Positions 48,903 through 62,740 are shown, counted from the first letter of the stretch. The stretch: DNA of 64,000 nt from Negaprion brevirostris (GCA_030324005.1 JARDVH010000001.1:123492421-123556420), one strand, 5' to 3'. Made by a program: numbers and translations. Notes: a model not told the origin generated them from the letters alone.

Positions 48903-51273
48903 GTAATCAACAGGCAGAGACATTGGTCAGTTTTGAGAATGTCAGCAGTGTTTCCTCTATGTAATTTCTCACAAAGGTTCAGATGCAATTCCAAGATACA
49001 GATACAATCTCAGAAGGGAATATTGGAAAATTACTTGATCAAGTGGATAATTACAGGCCAGCTTCATCTTGCCCAGTGTCCATCTAAATCCACTGGATAA
49101 TGATGAACAACAGGGATCTTAGCTTTTTTACCCCTCCTCACAATGTAGAACACCTACCATTTGCAGCTGACATCAATCCACCCAGCATAGACCATGAATA
49201 GAACCTGAAATACTGAGTGCTGATTTAAAGCTAATTACAATTGTAGTTGAGTTCTATATGTTTTAGATTTTAGGTGTTGGTTCTTTTCTGTGTAAAAAAT
49301 ACTTTGAAATGTCCACTCCGGAATAGTTTAAGTTTAAAAATGGTAAATTAGAAAGAGTTCCATGTTTCTCAAAGACCCAAAAATACTTGCCTTCTTGTAC
49401 TGTTAAAATTGTGTTTTTTAATTGACTTTCCTGTTCATCCCCATTTTTTTCTGTGCCATTCTTTGACTTAATGAGCAATAGGTTGTGCCTGGGCTTCTCT
49501 GCAAATGACAGAGACCAGACATCATAGTGTGCAGCGCTTCAAATCCTCTTTAAAAAATCAAGCTGGTCTTTCCTATCCCTCCTGAGGTTATGCTGTTGAA
49601 ATGGAGTATTGTGTAAACAGTTAACATTGCCTGATTTACACCATCACCCAGTTAAAATTGCCCCAGATACTTTAATTCTTGTAATGTCCTAAAATTAATT
49701 TCAGAATCATTTGCTATATGTTACAGAATGTAAGAGTGAGTGTCAGATAGAAAATGCAGAACAACCAAAAAACACTGAATCTAATTGAAAATTTATAATA
49801 TAAAAAATAGTCATTTGGGAGTATAGAACTTGAGTATTGTTGGAAAGAGACATTTTGTCGCAACTTGCAGTCTTGCACTGGACAATCACAAGAATACAAC
49901 GTCAGTTCTTGTTTCTCCTGACATTGATATTCTTGTGATTGTTCTGAAGAGTGCAAGATGNNNNNNNNNNNNNNNNNNNAATGTCTTTTCTCAGTAATAT
50001 TTTTAAAAAAAGGCTGGAAATATACTTTCAGCAGCTGAAACGTGATCCAAGTTTAGTTGTTCATATTAATAAAATTGCATTTTCAGATGTTCACTTCTTA
50101 TCTGAATTGAATTGGAACTTGGTTTTCACCTTCTGACTTGATGGGATTGTGCTTTTAAAATTGACATCCTGCTATTTCAGTGTGAGCTTATTCAAACAGG
50201 AATTTGCAAAATGTTCATGAATCCTTTTCTGTATTTAAAAAAAAAACATGTTTCCCTGGACGTTGCATGTTTAATAATGAAGGTAGCAACTCCTAGCCAG
50301 CTGAAGATAGAAATGCATCTTTGATCATAAAATCCAATTAAGGAGGGTTGGAGGACACGATTTCATGTTTGATACGTGTAGCAAAATTAGAATCACATTC
50401 TGCAAACTTAAATTTATAATTTTACTGCAATAACGTTGTACTTGAGTGCATTAAGCTGTATGTTCATGATCTGGCAATAAAAAACGTATGCAACTTGCTG
50501 TCATGTGTGAAGAAAAAACCTCATCTTTGTGATGAGCTTTTATTACACCAGGTTTTTGAGTTTTGCCTTTTGACTCAATAACAGCATCCTTTCTGACTCT
50601 AAAGTTGTTGGTTAAAGCACAACTCTGGGATTTGACCACGTATTCTAAGCCAGAGCCTCCCAACTGCTCTCGCAGTTCTCAACCATCTTCACCCCTCCTG
50701 TTCTCTTAGCCCTTCATTTCCCCCTCCCCCACTCTCAAAGCTCTATCCACCCTCCTGGCTCACACCCTGGGATCATGGCAACTTTCAAGCCTCAAAATGA
50801 GGTTGCAGTGGGGAAAACTTCAGGAAGCATTGATTTATGCTGACACTTCAATACTGAGAGTGTGTGACTTGTTTTTGTTGGAGATACCATCTCTCGTAAC
50901 TAATAAACCAAGGCCCATCAAAGCTCTCTGTTGAATATAAATGATCTTATTGCACTAATCAATCAAGATTGACAAAATCTGCTTAACTATCCAATTATCT
51001 CATTGCCACATATAAATTGGCTGCTGCATTTTCCTACAAAACATTTTGAACACCTTGAAATAAATCATTAGCTTTGGGGATATTTTGAAGACATAGAGTT
51101 GGATATTTGCAGTTAGCTTGCAGATTAGCCATTATGTCACTCAATAGCAGAACAGATCTGAAGAGCTAAATGGCTTACTCCTGTTCCTATGTGTCTACAT
51201 TTCTATAAATGAATGTTTTATCTTCCTTTTTCTAATTCTCTGCTTTATGTTTGCTAAAACAATGTATTTTCAG

Positions 51274-51342
51274 CTGCCTGTGCCTCACGGAATTGCTGAA
51301 TGTGACGTCAACTCCAGGGTCCCAGGAGAACTGTCATTCCAG
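51274..51342 (+). CDS. SH3D19: SH3D19 exon, N-terminal half of SH3-1 (LPVPHGIAECDVNSRVPGELSFQ)
   Basis: gtattttcag| ... |gtgaga; 69 nt, symmetric phase 0. Resembles human LSVPHGIANEDIVSQNPGELSCK. Confidence 0.92.
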
Positions 51343-51867
51343 GTGAGATAGACCTCCAGTAGACAGTCTGTATTGTATAGAATATTGCAGAGGGATTGCA
51401 AGCAAGTACACTGTTACTCTGAATCAATTGCAAGGACAATGTAGCAGCACTCTTCTTTTAATTTTAATGTTGCCAGAACAATTTCTCAGTGGAAAATGTT
51501 AAGGCTAAGAGTTCTAATGATTCCATCATTTGACACTCCAACAGAGCACAGTTGCTTCAAGTGACGAAGCAATTGAATTTTTTTGGTGATGGAGGAAACT
51601 ATTCAGAGTTGCACAACTTTTTGAGAAAAAGCCTAGACCAGCAATTGACTGATTCGAAATGATGATTTCTTTTCTGTCTTCATTTTATTTGGAATCACCA
51701 AAGATAAATTTGTTTTAGTTTCATTATAGGGAATGGGTTGCATTGATATATTTTTGACATATGGCTATCTCGTCGAAGAATAGATGGGAGATAATGAGAA
51801 GGGCTCAGTAAAATGTAAACTAATATTAAAATTGTATATTTTTGTCTTTTTTTCTCGCTGTCTATAG

Positions 51868-52008
51868 CGAGGTGAAGTCCTCATTCTCCAACAACAGATG
51901 GACCAGTCTTTCCAGTGCCAAAAGGGGCTTGATACTGGGAAGGTTCCTTCATCTCATTTGAAGATAATCACTCCACTGGATGAGGAGGTGGTGAAAGGGA
52001 CTGGCAAG
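51868..52008 (+). CDS. SH3D19: SH3D19 exon, C-terminal half of SH3-1 (RGEVLILQQQ...LKIITPLDE...)
   Basis: ctcgctgtctatag| ... |gtcagt; 141 nt, phase 0 to 0. KIITPLDE is conserved. Confidence 0.92.
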
Positions 52009-54075
52009 GTCAGTGTGGGCAGCACTTTTGCAGTTCAACCTAGTGGAATAGCCATGTTAAATTCCGTTGTAAAATTTCCTAAATGGCAATGGTCTTTACA
52101 TTGTTATGAAAGAAAGTATACTATTTACAACCAGTTTTCCTTCATTATTCCAATTATAATTGGCCTTAGATGTAGATGAGGTTGTGTGCAGGGAGCACGA
52201 GTCGTAGGAATGTAACGTTTTGTGTAAGTGAAATTTAAAGGAATCAGATAATTAAAGGGGAATGTCGCAATGGACTTTGGAAAAGCTGAAAGACATTTCA
52301 ACTTATTGACCATCTTTGCCAAGGTTTATGGTGAGAATAATAATGTGATGAGTCAAGATGAAGAGAAAGGAAACCCATGATGTAGACATGGGGCTGAAGG
52401 CATAGAGCAGCACCTGACCTGTTCAATAGACATGTTGTATGTGGTGCTCCATAAAGGAATTTTGAGTAGGGTCGCCTTCTGTGCCATTCCATGCCATTAT
52501 TTCTATTAGTTTATGATTGCAGCATGCCTGGAAGCAGGTACTGCCAAGTTTCCGGTTAAAACTGATCATTACGACCATTAGGTATTCCAGACCTAAGTAG
52601 CATGGTGACTGCAAGTGTCTTTACAGCAGAAGATACAACTGTATCTGATGTCTTGAAGCCTATAAGTCTTCCATTATTTGGTGGGAGCAGTCAATCAGTC
52701 TGTTGCCCAATTTATTTTGGCTACGCTGTAGACCAGGGAGTTACTGTGGTTTCTGGGCAGGTTATAGAACTGTATAGTCTTCATTGTCATGTTTGGCTCT
52801 CTCCAGGTTTCCCAATTAAAACAATGATTTACTGCCGAACCATCAATTCAGAGGGTTTCAGAGGCATACTAGCTGTGTCAGTTATTTGATCTCTGTCATG
52901 ATATTGGTGCTGATTTATATTGATACAGTTAGGACTGGTGAGGACATGTCAGAACTCACTCCTTCTCACTCCTTCATTGATCATAACAGAGTGTGTTGTA
53001 ATCTATAAGGGCAAAGGCATTAATTCAGTGTCTCATGGCAATAAATCAATCTGACAGGCTGATTTGAGTTTAAACGTAAAGTTTAGTCTTAATTTAAAAA
53101 CTAAAAACCCAACCTGGTAAAAATATAAGACTGTTAAGATGGGAAAGTAAACCCACATCCTGACAATTGCAACACAGCTTTTAGCAAGCTTATGTGCATA
53201 AAAATATTGAGAGTTCACTGGTATTTGTGGCTAAAGCAGGTTTTTCCCATTGTGATATTGAAATTTCGATGAGATTGAAGCAGATATAAATTTCAATTTC
53301 TGGAGGCTTTTTTTTGAGACATTATCCGTCTTTTGCAAAAGTTGTTGATATTGCACCTATGTTCCTTTCGATGGAAATTCTCTATCTCTGTGATGGATTC
53401 CAAACTGTAACATTTGAATTAAAGAAAGAGAGTGATGATGTTAGTGCTCCTTTGGCAGACTTCTACCAAATTGTCATTTTAGAGGCTTACGGGTTCGAGT
53501 AAAAGATAGTTCAAATTGATTATTCTAGTTGCATGACCTCTCTCCCTATAATGATTTCAGGAAGTAATTGATTAGCTCTTGTGTGGACAGACTTTGGCTA
53601 TTGTTTTATGGCCCAGGTAATGAGTTTCTTTATTGCTGCTGAATGGACTGTTCTTCCCTGTAATGAGCGAGGAAGAACGCCTACATGGCCATTGTCCTAG
53701 TAGACTTTCTGCCATTAAGTACACTTAATTTTTGAAGTAATTCGTGATTTACGCAGGTGTGAAATTCCAAAGGCGGATGCCTTCGCATGTCTTAATTCTA
53801 GTGTATATTTGAAATGTGTAGAAACTGGCCAAGTTGTAATACCAGACATATCAGGTGACTTGTGGCAGTTATCTTGAATCAGATTCAAAGGACCAGATGA
53901 CCTCCTATGCGACTAGGATCATGAGTTGTTGAGTTACATACATTTTGTAATTGTAAACTCTTTTGTGATGATTTCTTTGCATTTAATTTTTTCTTTTTGC
54001 TTCCCTTTTCGCCTCCACATTGGAAAAAGTGAAAAGGACATAAATATCCATTTTCTTTGTCTTCTGTTTTCTTAG

Positions 54076-54151
54076 AAACCTATCCCTTCTGAACAGCAGC
54101 TTGGAGAAAGCAGTGCTCCCCATGCTATAGTGCTGCATGACTTCACAGCGG
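54076..54151 (+). CDS. SH3D19: SH3D19 exon, linker and start of SH3-2 (...APHAIVLHDFTA)
   Basis: ctgttttcttag| ... |gtaagg; 76 nt, phase 0 to 1. LHDF is the SH3 ALYDF-type strand. Confidence 0.93.
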
Positions 54152-55355
54152 GTAAGGAACTCTGCAATTCTGGGAAAGTTCAGCACTTTCAGCAAAATGT
54201 TTTACCAAACTATCATCTAATGCTCACTATTACTCTTTTTCATTATATTGACCCTAGCATTAAAAATAAGCTGTTAAATATATGGGGCAAGTTTTTATTT
54301 AATATTAGATTGATAAATCGTCCTACATACTTTTATGTGATTGGTGATGGAATAAGTTTCAAAGCTTTGTTTAATAACACAGTGAAAAGAATTTTATGGA
54401 GGCCACAAGTGTGGGAAACCTGGCACATGGGGTAATTTAATGAGGTGCAATATGAAATCAATAAAGTCAGTGGTGGCATGTTTGTGGCATGTTGAACCTC
54501 ACGTCAGCACATACAATGTTCATTCTAGTAATATATTGCATGCCATGAGCACTCATTAGTGTAATACATTTTTAAATTACATTCTACTTTCAAGACAAAG
54601 TCAACAGTGCGCAAGAATCTGATGGCAACAGATTCATATCTGTTTAAAGGTAGCATGCACCCATCAGTTTTGTGCAATTGTTGCAAGTGGTTTTCTTTAT
54701 TCAACTTCATGACACAAGGGAGGAGAGCAGGAGAATGACAGCTTGCCTGCAGGCTTGGGACAGACAGGGGTGAGTTAGTGGTAAGGGGTGGATTGTGTGG
54801 AGTGGCATCAGGGACAAAGTGGAAAAGGATCCAGAAGAGAACAAAGAGTGCGATTAGGCACATAATGTAGCGAAGTGGGAAAGGCATGATGTCCTGGATG
54901 TAGTCAAAGGAGGGTGGGGGAACAGTCAGTCAAGGTAAGAAAAGAGGGGACTATGGGGCAATGTCAGTACTGTCCAAATGTCTGTCGTCCTCATAGCGTT
55001 GGCTGGCAGAGTCCTTACAGGGTTTTCAGTTTATCCCTACTGAGCATGATCTTAAATAATGTCCTTAATATGCAGAGAAGGGAGGGTCAACTCAGCCTAT
55101 AAGTTCAGCCATGTCCCACAGTCCAACATTGGAAACTAACATGAACATTCAATAAAGAGTTAACCAAAACACAACATTGATTCTTTCACAATAAAATAAA
55201 TGTCTCTAACTCCTCCGTAACCATCAGTGCGTGCCAACCATGTGCCATGCCAATAGCTTTCTGATGAAGCTAGTGTCAAAAAATAATGATGATGCACACA
55301 TGAATAAAGTGAAATCGGTGCAATGTTGAATATTTATCAGTAAAATTTAAATTTG

Positions 55356-55701
55356 ATAAGAACATAAGAAATAGGAGCAGGAGTAGGCCATCTAGCCCTT
55401 CGAGCCTGCCCCGCCATTCAATAAGATNNNNNNNNNNNNNNNNNNNNNNNNNNNNNNNNNNNNNNNNNNNNNNNNNNNNNNNNNNNNNNNNNNNNNNNNN
55501 NNNNNNNNNNNNNNNNNNNNNNNNNNNCTGAGCACCAAGAAAGATCTCCTTAAAGATCCTCCACTGCTCCTCAGCAGACCTACCTTCCAACGCGCTCCCC
55601 CAGTGAACATTCGCCAATTCTTCTCTCATCCTACCGTACCTCCCTCTGTTCAAACAAAGGACGCGTGTCCGGGAACCTACTTTCTCCTCCTCCATCTGCA
55701 C
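55356..55701 (-). mobile_element. Young CR1 LINE copy (same subfamily)
   Basis: Same tail, a gap, and ORF2 peptide EKVGSRTRVLCLNRG...EEQWRIFKEIFLGAQ. Confidence 0.88.
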
Positions 55702-56412
55702 CAGACCTTTTAAAAATTTCTGGCTATGATCAAGAACCTCGCTGAATGACCAGGAGGCTTGGTTTATTGGCCACCCATAGGTGCTGCGTGGTCAGCTGAA
55801 GATGGGTTCCACCAATGAACAGCTACCCCAGCTGCAGAATGTTTGCCACACACATCACCGGCACTTAAAGCTTTGACTGTAATCACAGGGGAACCAGGAA
55901 ATGTAAGATAATAGAAGAGACACACACTGCTAGTTCCTCCCTGGGAACAGTATACTGTTAACAAAATTGTTTCTAAAGTTTTTCCCTGTGCCACACACAG
56001 GCTAATTACTCACAATGTGACTCTGTCAGTCAAGGAACAGACAATTGCTTGTAAACAGGGAAATGCATCAGTTTTCAGGTTTGAACTTTACTGGAATTTT
56101 CTATGTATTTTGCAGTCAGAATAAAAGAGGATTGTAGATGAGATTTGCTATTGAACTTTCTATTAAGATTGTATTTCTTGAGTTCATCCTTCTGACTTTC
56201 AGTACATAGTACCAGCTGATAAGAGACAGACTGAACAACTGACCAATATTCCCCTTGTTTTGTGAGTGAGCCCTGAATTGTCTACCACCCCACAGTCACT
56301 AAGTTCCATGATCTAGCAGTGATGTGAATCATTGATCTATACCAAGTGACTTCTAGTGGGGCCACAATGTAATTTCTTCTTGTCTCTGCTTATTTCCTGG
56401 AGGGGACTACTT

Positions 56413-56708
56413 AGAATCATAGAATCCCTAGTACAGAAAGAGGCCATCGAGCCTGTACCGATCACAAACGCATCCAGGCCCTATTCCTGTGACCCTACAC
56501 ATTCACCCTGTTAATTCCCCTGACAACTAGGGTCAATTTCACATGGCCAATCAACCTAACCTATACATCTTTGGGAGGAAGCCGGAGCACCCGGCGGAAA
56601 TTCGCGCAGACACGGAGAACATGCAGACTCCACGTAGACAGTCACCCAAGACAAGAATTGAATTGGGATCACTCATGCCATGCGGCAGCAGTGCTAACCA
56701 CCGTGCCA
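56413..56708 (-). mobile_element. HE1-type SINE
   Basis: agaatcatagaatccc tail and gcagtgctaaccaccgtgcc head in reverse. Confidence 0.82.
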
Positions 56709-57076
56709 TCCTTAGATTTGGCTTCCCTTGAGGGACAGTATTAGTTCAGGGGATTATTTATGTAATGATGTTGCTCAATGATTCAGTAGGTAAACTTTTT
56801 AAAATCTGAACCTGGCTACTTTCCCACATTCTCATTAAAAGGGGAATGTAACATTCATGTTCACTCTCAATTAAGTTCAGATCCAAACTTTGTTTTAAAC
56901 TAATCGTAGATTAATGGGAAATCAGCTTTGTATGTGAAGTAAATTAAATGTGCCTATACGAATGCATAATCAAAGTTAATATCTGTATGAAATTGGTGTC
57001 AGACTGTCAGTTTACTATGAGAATGTTTGAATGTAAGCTGGAGGTTATGTGGCTCCTTATTTCTTTCTTTTCCCAG

Positions 57077-57207
57077 ATCAAAATGATGAACTGAATCTTA
57101 AGTCAGGAGATACTGTGTACTTGCTGGAGAAATTGGACAAAGAATGGTTTAATGGGAAATGCAAGGGGCATACTGGGATTTTTCCTGCCAACTTTGTCAA
57201 AGTTATT
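57077..57207 (+). CDS. SH3D19: SH3D19 exon, SH3-2 core (DELNLKSGD...EWFNG...GIFPANFVKVI)
   Basis: tttcttttcccag| ... |gtaagt; 131 nt, phase 1 to 0. Canonical SH3 W and GxFPxNF motifs. Confidence 0.95.
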
Positions 57208-58903
57208 GTAAGTTGTTGGTTGAAAATTTCCTCAATTAAAAATACTAATCCTGATTTTAGTACCAACAGTTTGGGCAAGTTTTTGTTTTTTGATAAATCT
57301 ACTCCTTTGATTTATCTTCCTTGGTTCCTTCCTGGTTTCATCTCCTTATTTGAAACTAATAAGTCATAATGGAAGAGTTTCATAGGCAGCTCTCTTCAAT
57401 TTACCATCTCTCCAAATGATATTGTCATGCTTGAGAACAGAAAATATGGGGAAGTTTCCTGGACAAAAGGAGGTGGGTTTTATGTGTACCAAGGGAGTTA
57501 AATCCCCAAAATTTAACATTGGTTCTGAGGCCATCAGAAATCCCGCTGGATCTAGCAGGAAACTAATCAACAGCAATTAAGAGCTTGTTTAACCCTGGGT
57601 ATTGGATTTCCTAGGCAGGGCATCTACTTTTAACATCCGTTAGCAACTCACCTGAGTCACTGAGGTTGAGGTGAATGCACATTTGGAAGAGCTTCTTCAG
57701 TGAAACTTAACATGCTAGGAAGCCTTTCATCAGTGAAACCGAGGAGATGCAGTCCTGGGCAGGTGAAAGGCTGCCCTTCAAAGCAATTCTTTTCTGAGAG
57801 TGATATTACTGCTTGACAAATGGTTGCAAACTTTCTTGAAAGACACTTCACTCACCTCTGGGAACACGTCCTTACTGCCAACCATCACCAAGACATAGGG
57901 GCAGCTCCACCTTGCCCCTCTCCTGAATGGCAAGAACAAAAGTAGCAACACCATTTCCAACAGCACAATGAGTTGCCTTTTCCTCAGCCTCATACCCCTC
58001 GAAAGGGCAGAGGGGTTGGACAGTTTCCTTGTGGGGAGGATCAGTAGTTGTGGTTGCGATGGGTTTAAACTAAATTGGCAGGAACTGGGCACCAGAATAA
58101 AGAAATAGCAAAAAGGAATAATGCACATAAAGGAATGAGAGTGCTGGATAGTATTAAAGAAGGCAGTACTACCATGTTAAATGGAGCTGACTAAGAAGGA
58201 CTATGAGGATAAGAAGTATTTAGAATGCACGCTTGTAAGCACACACACTGATGAATAAGGTTGGTGAGTTACAAAAGCGAATCACCAAGTGGGAATAGAA
58301 TGTAGTGGCAAAATGAAAAGGCTAATTAAGTTTGGTGATTTTGCAATTACAGAGGCTACACTCCCTCCATATGTAGGTGCCAACGTCTGTGACAACAAAA
58401 CTGGTTCCTATTTCCCAGGTCACCCTCTCTTTTTCTTTATCCCTCTCCACTAGGCAGCACTCACAATGGGAAGTCATGCTTGATTTTCACTCTTTTGAAA
58501 TACACCACCTGTAACATTTCGGTGGCAGCTAGGGATGGGCAATAAATGCTGATCCTGTCAGCAACACTCACAACCCGAAAAAGGGATTTTTTAAAAAAAA
58601 ATTCAGGATGGGTTTGGCATTCAGAGTGTGTAAAGCAGCAGTGAAGACTGGTTCCGCTTCCCATCAATATTCTTTTCCTCTTTTTAGAAAGTATTCCACT
58701 CAGTAGCTTCATGATGATCTGCTTGAGCTTTGGAATTCCCCATATGAAGAAACTATTGAAATGAATATTCCACAATAGAGGAATATTAAATGTTGTAAAA
58801 TTCCCATTGTTTGTATTGCACATGTCTGATTATGTTATTCTTGAGGTCAGTTTTGAATACTGATGACTACAATGTTGTAACCTGACTAATTTATTTTTGA
58901 TAG

Positions 58904-58977
58904 GTTGATTTACCTACAGATGATTCACAGGAGACCAGTGTGAAGAAAGTTGCATTTAAATCAACTTCACTTGTCAG
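58904..58977 (+). CDS. SH3D19: SH3D19 linker exon between SH3-2 and SH3-3 (VDLPTDDSQE...), ending at a GC donor
   Basis: Branch-like ctgactaat, then tttttgatag|. 74 nt, phase 0 to 2 if AG|GCAAGC is the donor. VDLP matches human IDIP after SH3-2. Confidence 0.8.
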
Positions 58978-60204
58978 GCAAGCCTAAATACTCCAGGAAT
59001 CGTGAATCATTGATTAATTATTTAGTCCCCCTGCTGAACTTTAACATATTTCCCCTTTGAATTGTTGATTTCCAGATGCAGTAGATTTTGCTATTTGAAA
59101 ATGCTTTATTTATTCCTTTTTCTTTTCCATTCAGCCAAGTACAATTTATAACACATTCATATCAATCCATCATGTTTTTGTGTTTATTGGCACTATTTAT
59201 TTGATCACTTCATTAAATTTTATATCACTTTTGAAAAGAACAATATTATTTGAATGTCCTCAGTTTGCACAAGTAAAGCTGCATTTGTACAAGCAATGAG
59301 ACTCCATCATGTAGTGTCGGCAACACTGGTGTCAGTTTTAGCAGTATTGACACTAGAGTGAATGAATGAACATGCTCTGAGCTTAATGAATGCAGACCAG
59401 TATTACAGTTGAGTAGTCCAGCTACAACTTGCCACATAATTATCACATTATGTAACTTGCAACCATAAATGCACCATCACTCAACCTCTGTCCCATTGAA
59501 ATCAAAATAATTTTGTCCTTCATTTCCAAGTTCAGATTGAACCACAATTGGTTTAAATAAATTACCCATCTTTACTTACACTCTCAAAATACATTATCAG
59601 AGGGTAAATTGTATAGTGTTGAACTGAGTAGTACACACCAGATGGCCTCGGTTTAATCCTGAATTTGTGCTAAATTGTGACCTCTGGGTTCCGGAGGGGA
59701 AAACATCCAGGGTGCCCTGATACTAAGCTTTATCCAGTTACTTTTTCTAGTGAAGACAGATGTATGAATTCAGTTGTAGTGTTCTTAAAGTTAAATAACT
59801 TTCTAGACTCGCATGAACAAACAGCTATTTTGCTAAGGTATGGAAGAGATGGTAGCAATGATGATATTTTACCCCAGAAATGACACCACATTCAGTGAAG
59901 AAAGTAAAATCAAATTGCCTGATTCCATCAATATTAAGTTACAAAATAAAAGAAAAGGAATTTATTTACGGCTGCCTGAGTGCAATTAGAGTGTCAAATA
60001 TAAACATGAGCAGAAGTTGTATTCACTCAAACACTGTCCATGTTGCACACATCTGTTAGCTTCTTTACCAACATATAATATGGCAGAATGGATGTAATAT
60101 GGCCACTTAATCAGGATCTATTTCACCATTAATAAACACATGTAAAGCTGTATCCAGGATTGATAGGAGTTGATGGATGTGGAAATGATGATTTAAAGAG
60201 AGAG

Positions 60205-60400
60205 GAACAAAGAACAACCCAGCACGGGAAACAGGCCCTTCGGCCCAACGAGCCCGCGCCGCCATCACCCTACACCTATTNNNNNNNNNNNNNNNNNNNN
60301 NNNNNNNNNNNNNNNNNNNNNNNNNNNNNNNNNNNNNNNNNNNNNNNNNNNNNNNNNNNNNNNNNNNNNNNNNNNNNNNNTGCCCCTCGTTTGACAACGA
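60205..60400 (-). mobile_element. Young CR1 3' end of a (GAACAAA)n-tailed subfamily, mostly in a gap
   Basis: gaacaaagaacaacccagcacgggaaacaggcccttcggccc, with CpGs retained. Confidence 0.7.
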
Positions 60401-61973
60401 GGTGGATAAAGCATTGTTTGTGAAGGGAGCCTTATAAAGGCTTTTCTCCTTGTCCTTTCTTTATTGCTTAGTTAATGAGAAGGCTTTGTGCCATGGGTTC
60501 TTTCAGTGCAAAATTTTGCTGATGTCTTTGAAATTTGGACAAAATGTTTCCCAGTGGTGCAGTGAGAAATACAGTGTGTTATCTGCATTTCTTTTTCTGT
60601 GGTCAGCTATTTAAACAATTACTTGCAACATGCAGTTGGGAAAGGGACACATTTTCAAATTTTACTAAAGCTGAATAGATCATGGAAACAGGATATTAGT
60701 CATTTCAACAACAACTATATTTTGTGCAGTATTTTTAATGTGCTAAAAGGTTATAAGGTGCATCACAGGAATGTTGTAAAACAAAATTTGATACCATGCC
60801 ACATAAGGAGATATTATTATAGGTGGTCAAAAGATGTATAGTAAAGGAGAAGTGAGGTAGACCGATTTAAGGAGAGAATTCCAGACTTGGGCTGAGGCAA
60901 CTGATAGTTTTATCAATAATGGAATTATAAAAATAAGGATGTACAAAAATACAGAATTGAAGTAATATAGAGATTATAGAGATCAGAGATTGCATGGAAT
61001 GAGGCCATGAGGAATTTGAAAGCAAGTACAAGAATTTTAAGATCAAGTGGTACTTGACCAGACATCCATTAAGGTCGGTGAGCATGATGGGTTAGCAGGG
61101 CTTGGTGTGAGCTGAGTGCTGGATGAATTCAGGTCTCCTGGAAGAACAGAAGAAATAAGAGGCAAGTGATTTTGGACCAAAGCAGTACTGTGCACATTCA
61201 CTATTGCCTTTACCAGTTAAAGCACAGGTAGAGACCAGAGAGACTGCGGCAAAGTTGTCATGCTTTAATCCGACTAGTCTGACTTGAAGCCAAATTCCAT
61301 TAGATGCATGATTGTGCTATTGAGTGTGAAGGATGCTTTAATCCTTTCTGTTTAAGGTTGCAGCTCATTCCCGGAATGTTACTCTAATATCTTATAGAGA
61401 GGATACTCCATTATGCCAAAAATGTCCAGTTGTCTTCTCTTCCACCTTTGCCAGCCGTAAAACATAGTTTGGGATGCTGGACTGCATTTTCACTCCTAAC
61501 TAGCTCCCTCTTGCTTCCACAATGGGTTTCCTTTCTCGTTACTTTTGGAAATGACTACTTTTCCATGTTTCCATTAAGCTTTAGTAAAGGGCTAAAAATG
61601 GGTCCAACTACAGGCTGTGAACAAATATTGTGCTAGTGAACTGATCACAAAAAACTGTATGTAGTCAACACACTGAACTTTCCTCTGTGCTATGCCATTG
61701 ATACAGAACTGAATTGAACTTGGGATCACAAAAATCTACCTGGATATCTTCACACTTGTCATGTGGATATTGCTGTATGAGATGATTTTCAAATATACCA
61801 ATTGTTAACATTATTGCTAGCAATTTGAGCATGTAACATATTTTATTAAATGTTAGTTGTTCTTGATTGAAACATTATTAGGAAACCCAATCTGGTGTTT
61901 ACATAAGTCAATGAATTGCAAAGTAAAATCTGAATGTACAATGGTGTGATATTTACAATCACTTATCATCCAG

Positions 61974-62197
61974 GGGACCTCGATGTGTGGCTCGGTTCGA
62001 CTTTGAAGGGGATCAGGCTGATGAGCTCACTTTTTTTGAAGGGGATGTTATTGCACTGATGGAGTATGTGAGTGAGGAGTGGGCTCGAGGACAGCTGAAA
62101 GGCCGCTGTGGAATTTTCCCTCTAAACTTTGTAGAGATTGTTGAGGATCTACCAATCTCTGAGCAGCAAGCTAAACAGAATTCACCTCTCTCTCCAG
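61974..62197 (+). CDS. SH3D19: SH3D19 exon, SH3-3 (GPRCVARFDFEGDQADELTF...EEWARG...GIFPLNFVE)
   Basis: atcatccag| ... |gtgagc; 224 nt, phase 2 to 1. Canonical SH3, close to the recalled human RCVARFEY...EEWARG...GIFPLNFVE. Confidence 0.95.
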
Positions 62198-62740
62198 GTG
62201 AGCAAAATTTTTTTTTGAGTGACCAAGAACTGTGAAATGTCATAAATCTTCAAAGTACCTAATCAGAGCCAGTAAAGTTATAACGCACAAAAAAACCTTC
62301 AAAATGTAATTTCAGTCCTGTGAAGGACTTCCTGGCTTGAATTTGTAATCCTCGGTATAACTCTGAGAACTGATTTCCTGCATTCATATAGAGCTTTATT
62401 ATATGGTAGATAGTTCTACACTCATCTGTCCATCTGAAGTTGAAGAAAATGATGAGACCTAGAAAGATGGGAGGTAGGACATAATGGTAGAAGAGAGAGG
62501 TTTCCAAGCTGCCTTATGTTTTAATGAGACTCTGTTTCTTTAAAATTGCATTATCTCATGTGGGTGACAGTTAACCATGAGTTTGGACTCTAAAGTCTAG
62601 TTGCCAATAAAACTCCCCACTTATTTAATTTGCTTCTACCTTAACTTGAATGACATCATGAAAATAAAACTTAGGTTCACATGTTTGAATTAAGAATGGT
62701 TGAGTGAAGTAGGGTTAAAGGCTGATTTCTCCCAATTGTT

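Noticed and set aside
55261-55285. CTGATGA as a second hammerhead core
   Set aside because: There is no properly placed stem II, GAAA or stem III downstream.
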